Origin: Phycisphaerae bacterium
Lineage (GTDB): Bacteria; Planctomycetota; Phycisphaerae; UBA1845
Reading direction: 5' to 3'
Assembly (NCBI GenBank): GCA_029260055.1
Contig: JAJDDX010000098.1
Span: forward strand, 4,962 to 68,961
Length of the DNA stretch: 64,000 nucleotides
Position 1 is the first letter of the stretch; every line of letters starts with the position of its first letter. Under the pieces are notes generated by a model, which searched no databases, had not been told where the DNA came from, and saw only the letters and a list, made by a program, of their open reading frames with translations. The translations under genes and the position numbers were made by a program. Below are positions 28,101-36,685 of the stretch, one piece after another.

Positions 28101-29344
28101 GCAACATGAACGGCGTGCCCGACGAATGCGACCTCGCCGGCGGCGCATCACAAGACTGCAACACGAACAGCGTCCCCGATGAGTGCGAAAGCGATTGCAA
28201 CGGAAACGGCGCCCCGGACGATTGCGATATTGCCGGCGGGACTAGTGCGGACTGCAACGTGAACACCGCGCCCGACGAGTGCGACATCGCGTCCGGTACG
28301 TCAGCGGACTGCAACACGAACGCGATTCCCGATGAGTGCGAAACCGACTGCAACGCCAACGGCGTGGCGGACGCGTGCGATATCGCGGGCGGCACGAGCC
28401 TCGACTGCAACATCAACACGGTGCCCGATGAATGCGACCTCGCCGGCGGCGCTTCGCAGGACTGTAACGGCAACGGCGTGCCTGATGAGTGCGAGGAGGA
28501 CTGCAACGAAAACGGCATCCCGGACGACTGCGATCTTTCCGGCGGCACGAGTGCGGATTGCAACACGAACCACACGCCCGACGAATGCGACATCGCCGCC
28601 GGTGCGAGCGATGACTGTAACGGGAACACCGTGCCTGATGAATGCGAGCCCGATTGCAACGGTAACGGCACTCCGGACGACTGCGATCTGACGGGCGGCG
28701 CGAGCGCCGACTGCAACCTGAACGCTACGCCCGATGAGTGCGACATCGCGGGCGGCTCGTCAGCGGACTGCAACGCAAACGCCGTGCCGGACGAATGCGA
28801 GCCCGACTGCGACGGGAACGGCGTCGCCGATGATTGCCAGCCGCCGGTGGCCGTGGCTTCGGGAGCCCGCTACATCACCGTTGATCCGCAGCCTCGCTGC
28901 TCGACGACGCCCATCGCCTTGCGAGTTACCTCGCAGGATCTTCCGTGTTTCGATCGGTACGTCGATGCCGACGGGTACCTGTCCGATTCTCCGGTCTTCC
29001 TTTCTCCTTTGGCGTGGGGAAGGGTGCAGGTAGGCGACTTGGAGATAGTTCCCGAATACTCGTACCAGGTTTCAGCCGTCTCGGCTGCCGCTCAAACCGC
29101 TTCGACAACGGCGACGACATGGATGTGGGGCGATGTGGACAAGAACGGCATCAAGAACTTCAACGACATCTTCCTTGTGGTCGCCGCGTTCCAGGGCAAC
29201 TTCGCCGTGGTCAGCCTCGAAGCCGCCGATCTGTTTCCCTGCCGGCCGAATCGCGGTGTGGCTTTCGACGACATCAATGTGTGCGTACGCGCCTTCCAGG
29301 GGCACGGCTTTGACGAGACGTTCTGTCCGATTCCGTGCCGGTAG
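25112..29344 (+). CDS. Secreted S8 (subtilase) serine peptidase with Cys/Asp-rich repeat stalk and C-terminal dockerin/EF-hand-like domain
   Basis: I9-like propeptide, triad VCVCDTG / DDNGHGSHVAG / GTSQAAPHVAG, 42 DCN repeats, C-terminal WGDVDKNGIKNFNDI. Start uncertain (25112 or 25176). Confidence 0.92.
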   Translation: MAGSDRHAAHTRVGARHLSRLMWVTLTLMIVVRPAAFAQVAERADVIVHFEPGAARLAAKALTAADGASVRYEFAVLPNAMSVRGLSDAAAAELAALPGVAFVEKDRLVTTNLNDSTPRIRALQDQITAAGLSATGGGVRVCVCDTGINASHIMYAGRVDAAAGYDFVNNDADPSDDNGHGSHVAGIAVGGTGLTVNFLGGSGNEPLQGVAPEATLIGVKVMNAFGTGQLSDVIAGIDHCASPTLPGGRADVINLSLSDGQQSIGVCDSNSLAIAANNAVNAGVVVVASSGNNGYANALQAPACGSGVIAVGATYDDPFPNSDFPPLDSFTFCLRRNVFGTCIEECTDVMPSADQVPCYSNKSDHLDVTAPGGYIWSARHDFTDQIIGKHGTSQAAPHVAGLAALLLSVDPLKTPAQIRQLIRDGAVDLGAPGFDQAYGYGRIDIIDTLMLLEQCSDDPDCDDGLFCNGAETCVASECLGGASPCTPQFCRESDDTCVACLVQVHCDDFDPCNGVEICNAAGLCQSGSIDDCNGNGVLDSCDIAQGASLDCNANAIPDECDVLFGGSSDCNGNGTPDECEPDCNGNGVPDDCDLSSGSSPDCNGNAVPDECDVSGGASLDCNGNHVPDECETDCNGNGAADACDIAGGTSADCNANAVPDECDVAGGTSPDCNANGVPDECEADCNGNGVADDCDLAGGTSPDCNGNGVPDECDLAAGTSADCNADSIPDECQADCNVNGVPDDCDLSAGTSPDCNANATPDECDIAAGSSADCNGSGVPDECEPDCNGNGVPDDCDIAGGVSADCNINGVPDECDLAGGTSQDCNANTVPDDCDVASGTSPDCNLNVVPDECDLAGGTSQDCNANAVPDECETDCNTNGVPDDCDLASGTSQDCNATGVPDECDIAGGTSPDCNGNGVPDECESDCNGNGVPDDCDLAAGTSPDCNLNALPDECDIAGGTSSDCNGSGVPDECETDCNGNSVPDDCDIAGGTSSDCNMNGVPDECDLAGGASQDCNTNSVPDECESDCNGNGAPDDCDIAGGTSADCNVNTAPDECDIASGTSADCNTNAIPDECETDCNANGVADACDIAGGTSLDCNINTVPDECDLAGGASQDCNGNGVPDECEEDCNENGIPDDCDLSGGTSADCNTNHTPDECDIAAGASDDCNGNTVPDECEPDCNGNGTPDDCDLTGGASADCNLNATPDECDIAGGSSADCNANAVPDECEPDCDGNGVADDCQPPVAVASGARYITVDPQPRCSTTPIALRVTSQDLPCFDRYVDADGYLSDSPVFLSPLAWGRVQVGDLEIVPEYSYQVSAVSAAAQTASTTATTWMWGDVDKNGIKNFNDIFLVVAAFQGNFAVVSLEAADLFPCRPNRGVAFDDINVCVRAFQGHGFDETFCPIPCR
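26702..28840 (+). repeat. Intragenic array of 42 DC(N/D)xxxxxDxC units (19+19+13 aa higher-order period)
   Basis: Counted by hand from the translation; recurring GACTGCAAC at nucleotide level. Confidence 0.95.
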
Positions 29345-29570
29345 TGGGATGCCCGTCGTCACGCGGCGCACTGGCCGCAATCTGATCGCGACGTACCGCT
29401 TGCCGCATCACTGATCGGTGCGCGCATCGAAAAAGCGGTGGCACTTCACCGACTCCGTCATTCGCAACCTGCGAAAAAGACAGAGCAGGCGAAGTAGCCA
29501 CCGCCGTGTACCGTCACCATCTCGATGGGACAACCGCGGGCGCTAAAGCGCGTGCGGTAGCCGGAGATGC

Positions 29571-30149
29571 TCAGGATACCGTGTAGCTGCCGAAGCCGAC
29601 GCGCTTGACCTGCCCGATGTCGGGCAAGACGTTGCTGACGGCTTTCGTCAGATCCTTAGCGCGGGACTTGTAACCCGCCTTGATGACGGCAGTCGAGATC
29701 TGGTTCGGGCTGAGCGGTTGCTTGCGCTGACCCAACACCTTGATGATCATGTCCTTGAGTGAACCGGGGCGACCGGTTCCGCTTGCACTGACCTTTCCCT
29801 TTGGGCGGCCCGGGCCTCTGCGTACCGCGGTACGCGCGGCGCCACCCATTGCGCCGATAGCGGTCTCGATCGCGCTGATCTGTCCGTCGAGTTCGTCGCG
29901 CTTGGCGGTCAGGCTATCGTGGTAAGCCTGCATGTCGCTCAGGAAACCGGTCACGCCGTTTCCGCCCGTGCTCAACACTGCGGTCCTCTTGGTGGCCGGC
30001 CTTCCCGCCTTCCGTCCCGCCGACTTCTTCGCGGCCGCTCGGCGTGCGCCAGGCGACGCGTGGATAGTCGCCATGTGCCGGCCGAGATGGGCCTTCATGG
30101 AGAATGTGCGGGAACACTTCGGACACTTGATTGCACCCTTCTTTGCCAT
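29571..30149 (-). CDS. Basic protein with C2H2 zinc finger, AT-hook-like motifs, coiled coil and winged-helix-like C-terminus
   Basis: RBS GGGAGG; CPKCSRTFSMKAHLGRHMATIH; RRGPGRPKG; SLKDMIIKVL..PLSPNQISTAVIKAGY..RVGFGSY. Confidence 0.8.
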   Translation of the reverse strand: MAKKGAIKCPKCSRTFSMKAHLGRHMATIHASPGARRAAAKKSAGRKAGRPATKRTAVLSTGGNGVTGFLSDMQAYHDSLTAKRDELDGQISAIETAIGAMGGAARTAVRRGPGRPKGKVSASGTGRPGSLKDMIIKVLGQRKQPLSPNQISTAVIKAGYKSRAKDLTKAVSNVLPDIGQVKRVGFGSYTVS

Positions 30150-30692
30150 GTTTCTACCTCCCAAAAAAAGCTGGTCTTGGCTACGTATCCTGAAACCTAC
30201 ATCTGCGACCCCACAAAGGCAATAGGAAATCCCGGGAAAGTGAGAATTCCGTCGCGAAAATGACATGCGGATGAAGTCTCCATGAGGGACATCGACTGCC
30301 TTGGTCCGGCGCTTGAGCGGTGGCTCGGCTGGGAGCCCGATGCGGCCAAACGTTACGATGAAGGCCTCAGAAGGTAGGAGTTTCCCTAGGTTTCTAACTC
30401 TGACTCCTGCCCTTTCAAACCAGATAAAGAAGGCGAGCGACACGCCGTGGCATCACCGTGACATGGCCTGGCATGCCTCACGGGGCGGACCGAAGCATTT
30501 GGAGTATGCGGTGTCAGGCGATAGTGCTGTAGGGGCTGTCTCCTCCTGTTGTTTGGTGAGCCGGCGACGCGTCTCCCCGAATACACCCCTGTGTGAGCGT
30601 GACCTGGCGCATGGGCGGCTGCGAGGGGCTTTCCCCGACACCAAGGCCCGGCGATTCAAGTGACGGCGGACGCCCGTCGCGCCGTTTCCGGC

Positions 30693-32195
30693 CTACTCGG
30701 GGAGGTGTTGCGGCTCAGACACGGGCTCCAGCATGAACTGGAACTGGAACACGAGAGTGGATCTGGCGGGCTCGGGCCCATCCGGCCCTTCGATAGCGAA
30801 GGCACCGATGGGAATTCTGAACGTGCCTTTCATGTTCAACCGAGGGGCACCGTCTTCAGACACGGCGGGCTCGAAGGAGGCACGGACTGTGAGCGGGATT
30901 GAGACGCTTTTCAGGGTGAATATGCCATCCATGGTGGCCATGCTCGACTGGCCGTGCTGAAGCCGCTGCCGGTCCGCCGTGATCGATTTCGTGATGAAAG
31001 TGGATTGCGGAAACTGCTGTGAGCCGAGGAAGGTGCCGCCCTGAAGTGCATCATCCAGATCAGGCTCTCCCATCGTGACACTGGTCACGTCAACCTCGAA
31101 TGAGGCAGATGCGCCCTTCAGCGATCGCGGGGATGCCAGATCGAGCTTCCCCCGAACACGCCGGACCTCGCCGGAATAGCCACTGAGCGGGGACGGGAAG
31201 TGGAACACCAGTGTGGCCCGGGCACCCGACTTACGTGCGTCCGTGATCCAATGCCTCGTGCGAGGGACCCCGGCTTCTGGCGCCGGAGGTCCCGGAGGTG
31301 CCGGCGGGAGAGCGAGGCCGAGTGCCTCGAAACTCACCACCGGGATCCTGCTCGCGACAGGATCAAACGCGTCGCCGCTGCCGGCGGCTGCCATGTGACG
31401 AATGATCGCATCTTCGAGCGCACGCGCCGCCTCGGCGAACAGCGCTTCCCGCCTTACCCACGGGCCGACAAACGGCTTTCCACCGTGAGTGAAAACGGGC
31501 TTTTTGCAGTGGAATTGTGAGTACAGTTCAACGGAAAGGTGGAGCGTGCCATCCGGTGACAACCAGGGGTTGAAGTCCATGTAGTAGGAGCGGTCGGAGC
31601 GTTGGAGATCGACCACGTCTTGAAGGTGAAAGTGCCGAAGGCCTGCCAGGACAGCCTCCCTGGCGCTGCTTGCGAACCCGGCAGGATCGTGATGCTCCGG
31701 CACTTGCCCGGTAACAGGTGCCACTTTAATCGGGGCGGCCACCTGCGCTCGCCCGCGAGTCCACACTGGGACGTTTTCGCGCCGAAGAGGTTCTCGCTCT
31801 TGGGAAGCCAGTTGTGCGGTTCTCAAGAACGTCTCCATTCGGTCGAGAGTGGTATATCGCCCCTGGTAAGACGATCGCCCCCTGTGATCCTGGTAGATTA
31901 GCGAAGGTGTGGTCGTCACTGGAGCCGGAACGCCGCGACCGGCGTCGACAACTGTGACGGAAAGACCGGCACTGCGTGCGAGTCGCCGAATCGCCGGAAG
32001 GTGCTCGCGCTCGAAAGACCGCGCCACCTCGGATACTCCGGGCTGCACGAATACGATGATCTCTCCTTCCCCAGCCCCGCCGGGCTTGTCGCCGGCCATC
32101 GCTGCGGAGTCGTTCACTCCCACCGCGTAGGTTATCACAACCAGGCCGGCGGCCACGGCAGTGAACCCGGACTTGAGCGTGCGCCGGTACAGCAT
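30693..32195 (-). CDS. Exported protein with C-terminal YceI domain
   Basis: Signal-like N-terminus; C-terminal FEVDVTSVTMG..LDDAL..FLGSQQFPQSTF..GIFTLKSVS (YceI pattern). Confidence 0.75.
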   Translation of the reverse strand: MLYRRTLKSGFTAVAAGLVVITYAVGVNDSAAMAGDKPGGAGEGEIIVFVQPGVSEVARSFEREHLPAIRRLARSAGLSVTVVDAGRGVPAPVTTTPSLIYQDHRGRSSYQGRYTTLDRMETFLRTAQLASQEREPLRRENVPVWTRGRAQVAAPIKVAPVTGQVPEHHDPAGFASSAREAVLAGLRHFHLQDVVDLQRSDRSYYMDFNPWLSPDGTLHLSVELYSQFHCKKPVFTHGGKPFVGPWVRREALFAEAARALEDAIIRHMAAAGSGDAFDPVASRIPVVSFEALGLALPPAPPGPPAPEAGVPRTRHWITDARKSGARATLVFHFPSPLSGYSGEVRRVRGKLDLASPRSLKGASASFEVDVTSVTMGEPDLDDALQGGTFLGSQQFPQSTFITKSITADRQRLQHGQSSMATMDGIFTLKSVSIPLTVRASFEPAVSEDGAPRLNMKGTFRIPIGAFAIEGPDGPEPARSTLVFQFQFMLEPVSEPQHLPE

Positions 32196-32197
32196 GC

Positions 32198-32833
32198 CTA
32201 TTCCTTCGGAAGGATGCCGACGATGGCTACGCTAAGTTGGATCGTTTCGGCAACAACTTCGGGTCCATACTCCGGCTTGATGCCGTAATCCTTGCGTTGG
32301 ATCGTGAACTCGGAGCGCAGCACCAGGAGATCACCCTTCTGCCCTCCCATGCGCTCGGCGAGCTTCTCGGGCAGGTGGGTGGCGGTCATGTCGACGGTGA
32401 TCTTCTTGGTGGTGCCCTTGCAGGTGAAGTCGCCGACGGTGGTCATTTCGAAAGCGCCGTCGGGCTTGGTGATGACCTTCTTGATCTTCTTGATCGCGAA
32501 GGTGATCTGCTCGTGGCTCTTCACGTCGAGCCAGTCTTCGGAATGCAGGACTTCCGTCATGCGGCTGTTTTGCGTATGCAAAGTGGCGGCCTCGACCGTC
32601 AATGAGCCGCTCGTGCGTTTCGGCTTCTCGGGATCGAAACTGATCTTACCCGAGATACCCGAGGCCAGCCCGGCAATCGGTTCGAGTGGCGAATCGAGCA
32701 GGAATGAGACGGCGTTGACGCCCTTGGGGTCTCTGAAGTCGAAGGCCGATTCCTCGGCCACAACCGGGCTACACACGATGGCCGCGAGGCCGAGGCACGT
32801 CAGCGCCGCCACACGATGGGGAAGTCTCGTCAC
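32198..32833 (-). CDS. YceI family protein
   Basis: RBS AAGGAGG before GTG 32833; signal peptide; LHSEDWLDVKSHEQITF, GDFTCKG, FTIQRKDYGI. Confidence 0.88.
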   Translation of the reverse strand: MTRLPHRVAALTCLGLAAIVCSPVVAEESAFDFRDPKGVNAVSFLLDSPLEPIAGLASGISGKISFDPEKPKRTSGSLTVEAATLHTQNSRMTEVLHSEDWLDVKSHEQITFAIKKIKKVITKPDGAFEMTTVGDFTCKGTTKKITVDMTATHLPEKLAERMGGQKGDLLVLRSEFTIQRKDYGIKPEYGPEVVAETIQLSVAIVGILPKE

Positions 32834-33116
32834 CAGGACGCCTCCTTTTTTGAAGTCGAGAGTAGGTTCGCGGCCGGCGGCCCGTGCCCACCGCGTCTTG
32901 CACCCGCAAGCCATGCCTCCCGTGGACCCGTGGTGGCACTCTTTCCGGCTGTTGTATTTCAACAATTAACATCGCGGTGGAGCCAACGCAAGTAACACGG
33001 GCGCAATAGAGGAGCGGTTGGGGTGTGTGGTCGCCGTGATGCTCCGCGCGCAAGAATACACGCGCTCACCGATATGGTCGGTTGGTGCGGTGTCGCAAAC
33101 GGGTGGCGACGACGGG

Positions 33117-33761
33117 CTATGAGGCCGCGGGTAGGGCCGGCTTTCCGCCTGTCGCCTGGCCCTGGCGCTCTTGTTCGATCGTGGCCTGTGCTCGCTCGTC
33201 CGGCGTCATTCGGAAGAACTCCGTCGGGGTCTTCGCGACGGCGTGGCGCCACGCCTGCTGTTCCGAGACGGTTAGAATCTCGGTCAGCTTGGGGCGAATC
33301 CGATCCGCGCGACCGGCACGCGTCCGCGTCTGGCCGAACAGGCCGTCTTCGCTCTGCATGGAATCAAGCAGCCGGCAGAGGATGTCGAACAGGACCCGTC
33401 CCATCTCCGGTGTGACGACACCGAGGCGAACTTCGCGGTAGAGCCGATCCATCGCGTGGCCGACCGAGGCGCGATCGGTCAGTTTGCGCAAGTACCCATC
33501 GGGAATGTGAGACAGCCGCCGTCGCGAGCGGCCTCCCTTGGTGGCGTTGTACCGCCGCTGTTGCTCGGAGACCTCCGGGTCGTGGAAGGAGCAGAACTCG
33601 GTGCCCTCGCGGATCTTCCCGCGGCAGCGCCGGCCCGACTTGGTCTTTGCCGCACAGCGTCTATCGTAGGGTAAACGTGTCGTGCCTTGCGGATAGGCGT
33701 GTTCGTACAGGTTCTCTGCACGACGCTTGCGACGACCGTTGACGGCTTCCCAAAACAGCAT
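33117..33761 (-). CDS. Hypothetical protein with C-x-A-x-T-x-x-G-x-x-C...C-x-x-H Zn motif (DUF5763/HGGxSTG-like) and KGG motif
   Basis: RBS GAAGGAGG; RCAAKTKSGRRCRGK..FCSFHD; NATKGGRSRR. Confidence 0.65.
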   Translation of the reverse strand: MLFWEAVNGRRKRRAENLYEHAYPQGTTRLPYDRRCAAKTKSGRRCRGKIREGTEFCSFHDPEVSEQQRRYNATKGGRSRRRLSHIPDGYLRKLTDRASVGHAMDRLYREVRLGVVTPEMGRVLFDILCRLLDSMQSEDGLFGQTRTRAGRADRIRPKLTEILTVSEQQAWRHAVAKTPTEFFRMTPDERAQATIEQERQGQATGGKPALPAAS

Positions 33762-34185
33762 CACAGATCCTCCTTCCGTAGAGGCATTCACGCCGCGAGG
33801 GGCGCGAAAGTGACCTCCAACCGACAATCGTCCGTGATGCATCGGCCGCTCTACCAAGCCGTGGCTTGGCACTGCGCTGTCGCTGGCGAAAGCCCTGCTC
33901 CCCGGTCCGTCGAAACGCTGCGAGTCGACTCCTTCGCGTCGCAGCCTTCCATGTCACAGAGCCGTACGATGGAACCGATTCTAGCCCGACGCTGGCGTGC
34001 TACAAGCGAAACTGGGTCGTGTCGCACACGCCTAAGCTGTGAGTTTCTTCGTTAACGGCGCGTAAACTCCGGCAATCTCGTGCCCTGCACGCTACGCACA
34101 TGGCATGTGACATTTTGCGGGGCGCGCCGGTAAATCGCAGGTTTCGGCTCCGCCGCGGTCGACGGGAAGGTGTGACGTTTGCACG

Positions 34186-34218
34186 AAAAAAGGGCGGCAT
34201 CGGGTTCGATGCCGCCCT
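34186..34218 (-). terminator. Rho-independent terminator
   Basis: Perfect 12-bp stem AGGGCGGCATCG/CGATGCCGCCCT, followed by a T-tract on the minus strand. Confidence 0.85.
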
Positions 34219-34258
34219 CGTTGGCAACGACTGGTTGCGGGAAGCGTTGCCTCAGTCG

Positions 34259-36496
34259 TTATTCCGTCTCGCTCTGGAAACGTTCGAGCGTCTCTTCGAG
34301 CGTCTTCTTCGATTTGCCGTCGGCGAGGGCTATCGCCGTCTGTTGGGCTGCAATGGCTCCGTCGCGGTCGCCGGTCTCGAACTTGGCCAGCGCCAACGTA
34401 TCGACGTAGGCCCAGTTCTTCGGCTCGACTTCGTTGGATCGCTCCGCGAACTTCAGAGCCAGCTTGGGGTACTCACCGCCGAAGTCATCGTCCGTCAGAA
34501 GGGCCCACGCGAAGTTGTTCAGCGCTTGGGCATTATCGTGCCATGCCTTGAAGAGCTTTTCCGATACAGCTAGCGCGCCCGCCCGATCCTTCTTGCCGAC
34601 GGCGAGGACCTGGAACTTCTTCTGCACGAGTGACGTGCTCGGCGCTCCCGCTATCGCGTGGTCGATGTGGCTGAGCGCATCGTCCCAGTCGCCGGTCCGC
34701 ATCGCCTTGCTGAGCTGCGACCTCTGCTGTTCCTCGCGTTGCTCGGCCGCGATCAACTCGCTCAAGAGGGCTCCGACCTCGGGGATCCCGCTGACCTCGA
34801 TCGACATGCTCAAGCGCCGGCTCGAGTGTTCGACGACCAACGACGCGACCGTGTCACTCAGGAGACTCTCGAACGGCGCGACCTCGGCCAGGTCACCCTT
34901 CGACATGAAAGGCTTGCATATCTGCAGGACGCGTCCGGGATGGACGAAAACGGCCTTGGTGCTATCGGGGCCGACACGCGGCAGGCTGCTCGCGAACGCC
35001 TTATCTTGCAGGATCGACTTGCCGCCACGCTGGGTCTGGATCGAACGGGCGACCGCCATCTTGCTCGTGGCGATGACGACGTTGTGATCAAGCGAGGCGA
35101 AGTAGACCGTGATGCCCTCGGGCAGGGCGAAGTTCCTTACGGCGACGCCCTCGATTTGGACAACGTCGCCCTCGATCGACGGAGCACCGGCTGCCATGCT
35201 CGCAAGGCCCAACACCGTCGTCCACAGTGCCTCGGACTTCGCGGGGTCGTTCACGCGGATGGCGGCTGCGACGTCGGGAATCGGCGGACCGGCCGGCTTG
35301 CCGGCTGCGTCCGGCGGCAGCACGTAGAGGGCGATCGTGGCGATGTTCGCGAAGATCTCGCGACCGAAGTCCAGCCCCGTTACGATCGGCGGCTCAGAAG
35401 TGGTGGGCGTCGCGGCGTGGCGGCTATCTGCCTCATTCAGGGCACCGACGAGGAACCCAGCCGCCCCGTGCGGGATGGACTTCAGAGCGTCGCGGTCGAT
35501 CGCGGGGGTGCGGAGGAAGTTGTAGACGAGGTTCTGGTGGCCCTCGTCCAGCGTGAGGGCGACATCGACGAACAGGCCGTGGTCGTTGACGCCCAACTGC
35601 CCGGTCAGCGAATGGAGGCTCTTGACGTCGAGCATGGCCATGACCATGGCGGCTTCCGGATCGCGGGCGGCTTCAGCCTCCAGGATTCCCGTGATCATGG
35701 GCATGATCGGCTCGGGGTAGACGAAGAAGGTCAGCAGGGCATCCTCGCGGCCCTTGAGCATTTCGCCGACTTCGGGATTAGCGGCCAAGCTGTCGGAGCT
35801 CTCGCCGGTCAGGCGGCTGACTACGCCGCGGATGGGGTCCAGTTCGGTGCTGGCGATGACGAGCCGGTTGGTGAGGGTGACGTAGGCCTCGTTCTCGACG
35901 TGGTAGGTCGGGAAGCCACCGATGGCCTCGACCGCCTGGCCGCCGGCCGGCAGACCGGTCTCGAGAAGGCCGCGGATCGGGTCGACATCGCCCGGGTGCA
36001 GGACGAGCACACCGGTGGGCTCGCCGTTTTGCGGGTTGATGCCGGTGATGCCAACCGCCGCCCCGCGGATGCCCAGTGTGTCGATGAGCGCAGGGCTGAC
36101 GGCCACGCGCTGGCCCTCGGGCGGCGGCTCTCCCGGCACGCCCAGGATGCCCAGGTCGGCCAGGAGCCGCTTGATCTGCTCGCCCGGCTGAGATAGCTCG
36201 ATGTAGGCGAATGCGTTGGCGGGCATGAGCCTGGCGAGATCGGACGAGATCGCGTCCTCGCGGCAGATCGCGAGGCCTGTCTTGGCCTTGGCTTTGAGTT
36301 CGGCGTCAGCGCCTCGGGCAGACAGGACCTCCTTGTAGAGGTCAGCCGCTCCGGCTGGGTCGTTCGCCTCGTGCTGGAGGTAGTAGGCCCGATGGAATTT
36401 CGCCTCGACCGAATCGGCTTTCGCCATCCCGGCCGAGAAGAATAGCCCGGTCGCCACAGCCACAATAATCTTGTATTTCCACGTACCGCAACACAT
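34259..36496 (-). CDS. Exported protein with TPR-like termini and a DUF3352-like central region
   Basis: RBS GGAGG; signal peptide; C-terminal LNNFAWAL..YVDTLALAKFETGD TPR motif. Confidence 0.7.
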   Translation of the reverse strand: MCCGTWKYKIIVAVATGLFFSAGMAKADSVEAKFHRAYYLQHEANDPAGAADLYKEVLSARGADAELKAKAKTGLAICREDAISSDLARLMPANAFAYIELSQPGEQIKRLLADLGILGVPGEPPPEGQRVAVSPALIDTLGIRGAAVGITGINPQNGEPTGVLVLHPGDVDPIRGLLETGLPAGGQAVEAIGGFPTYHVENEAYVTLTNRLVIASTELDPIRGVVSRLTGESSDSLAANPEVGEMLKGREDALLTFFVYPEPIMPMITGILEAEAARDPEAAMVMAMLDVKSLHSLTGQLGVNDHGLFVDVALTLDEGHQNLVYNFLRTPAIDRDALKSIPHGAAGFLVGALNEADSRHAATPTTSEPPIVTGLDFGREIFANIATIALYVLPPDAAGKPAGPPIPDVAAAIRVNDPAKSEALWTTVLGLASMAAGAPSIEGDVVQIEGVAVRNFALPEGITVYFASLDHNVVIATSKMAVARSIQTQRGGKSILQDKAFASSLPRVGPDSTKAVFVHPGRVLQICKPFMSKGDLAEVAPFESLLSDTVASLVVEHSSRRLSMSIEVSGIPEVGALLSELIAAEQREEQQRSQLSKAMRTGDWDDALSHIDHAIAGAPSTSLVQKKFQVLAVGKKDRAGALAVSEKLFKAWHDNAQALNNFAWALLTDDDFGGEYPKLALKFAERSNEVEPKNWAYVDTLALAKFETGDRDGAIAAQQTAIALADGKSKKTLEETLERFQSETE

Positions 36497-36685
36497 TTCG
36501 TGTACCTCCAATGGGCGGGTCGTGACCGCCGAACCAGTCGATATGCCCGATATGACGCCGGCGCAGGCCGCGCCATCGCCTCGGCCGCAACACCCGACCG
36601 AGGCATGATGATGATTCGGCAAGCTGGGGGGAATATTCGGCTCAGTAACGTGTGAATTTGTCTGCCGAAGTCGAGGCCGACGGGC

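Noticed and set aside
26683-28773. 696-aa minus-strand repetitive ORF, or a CRISPR-like array
   Set aside because: It is the antisense frame of the DCN repeats. The repeats are in-frame and vary at third codon positions, with no constant-repeat/unique-spacer structure and no cas genes.
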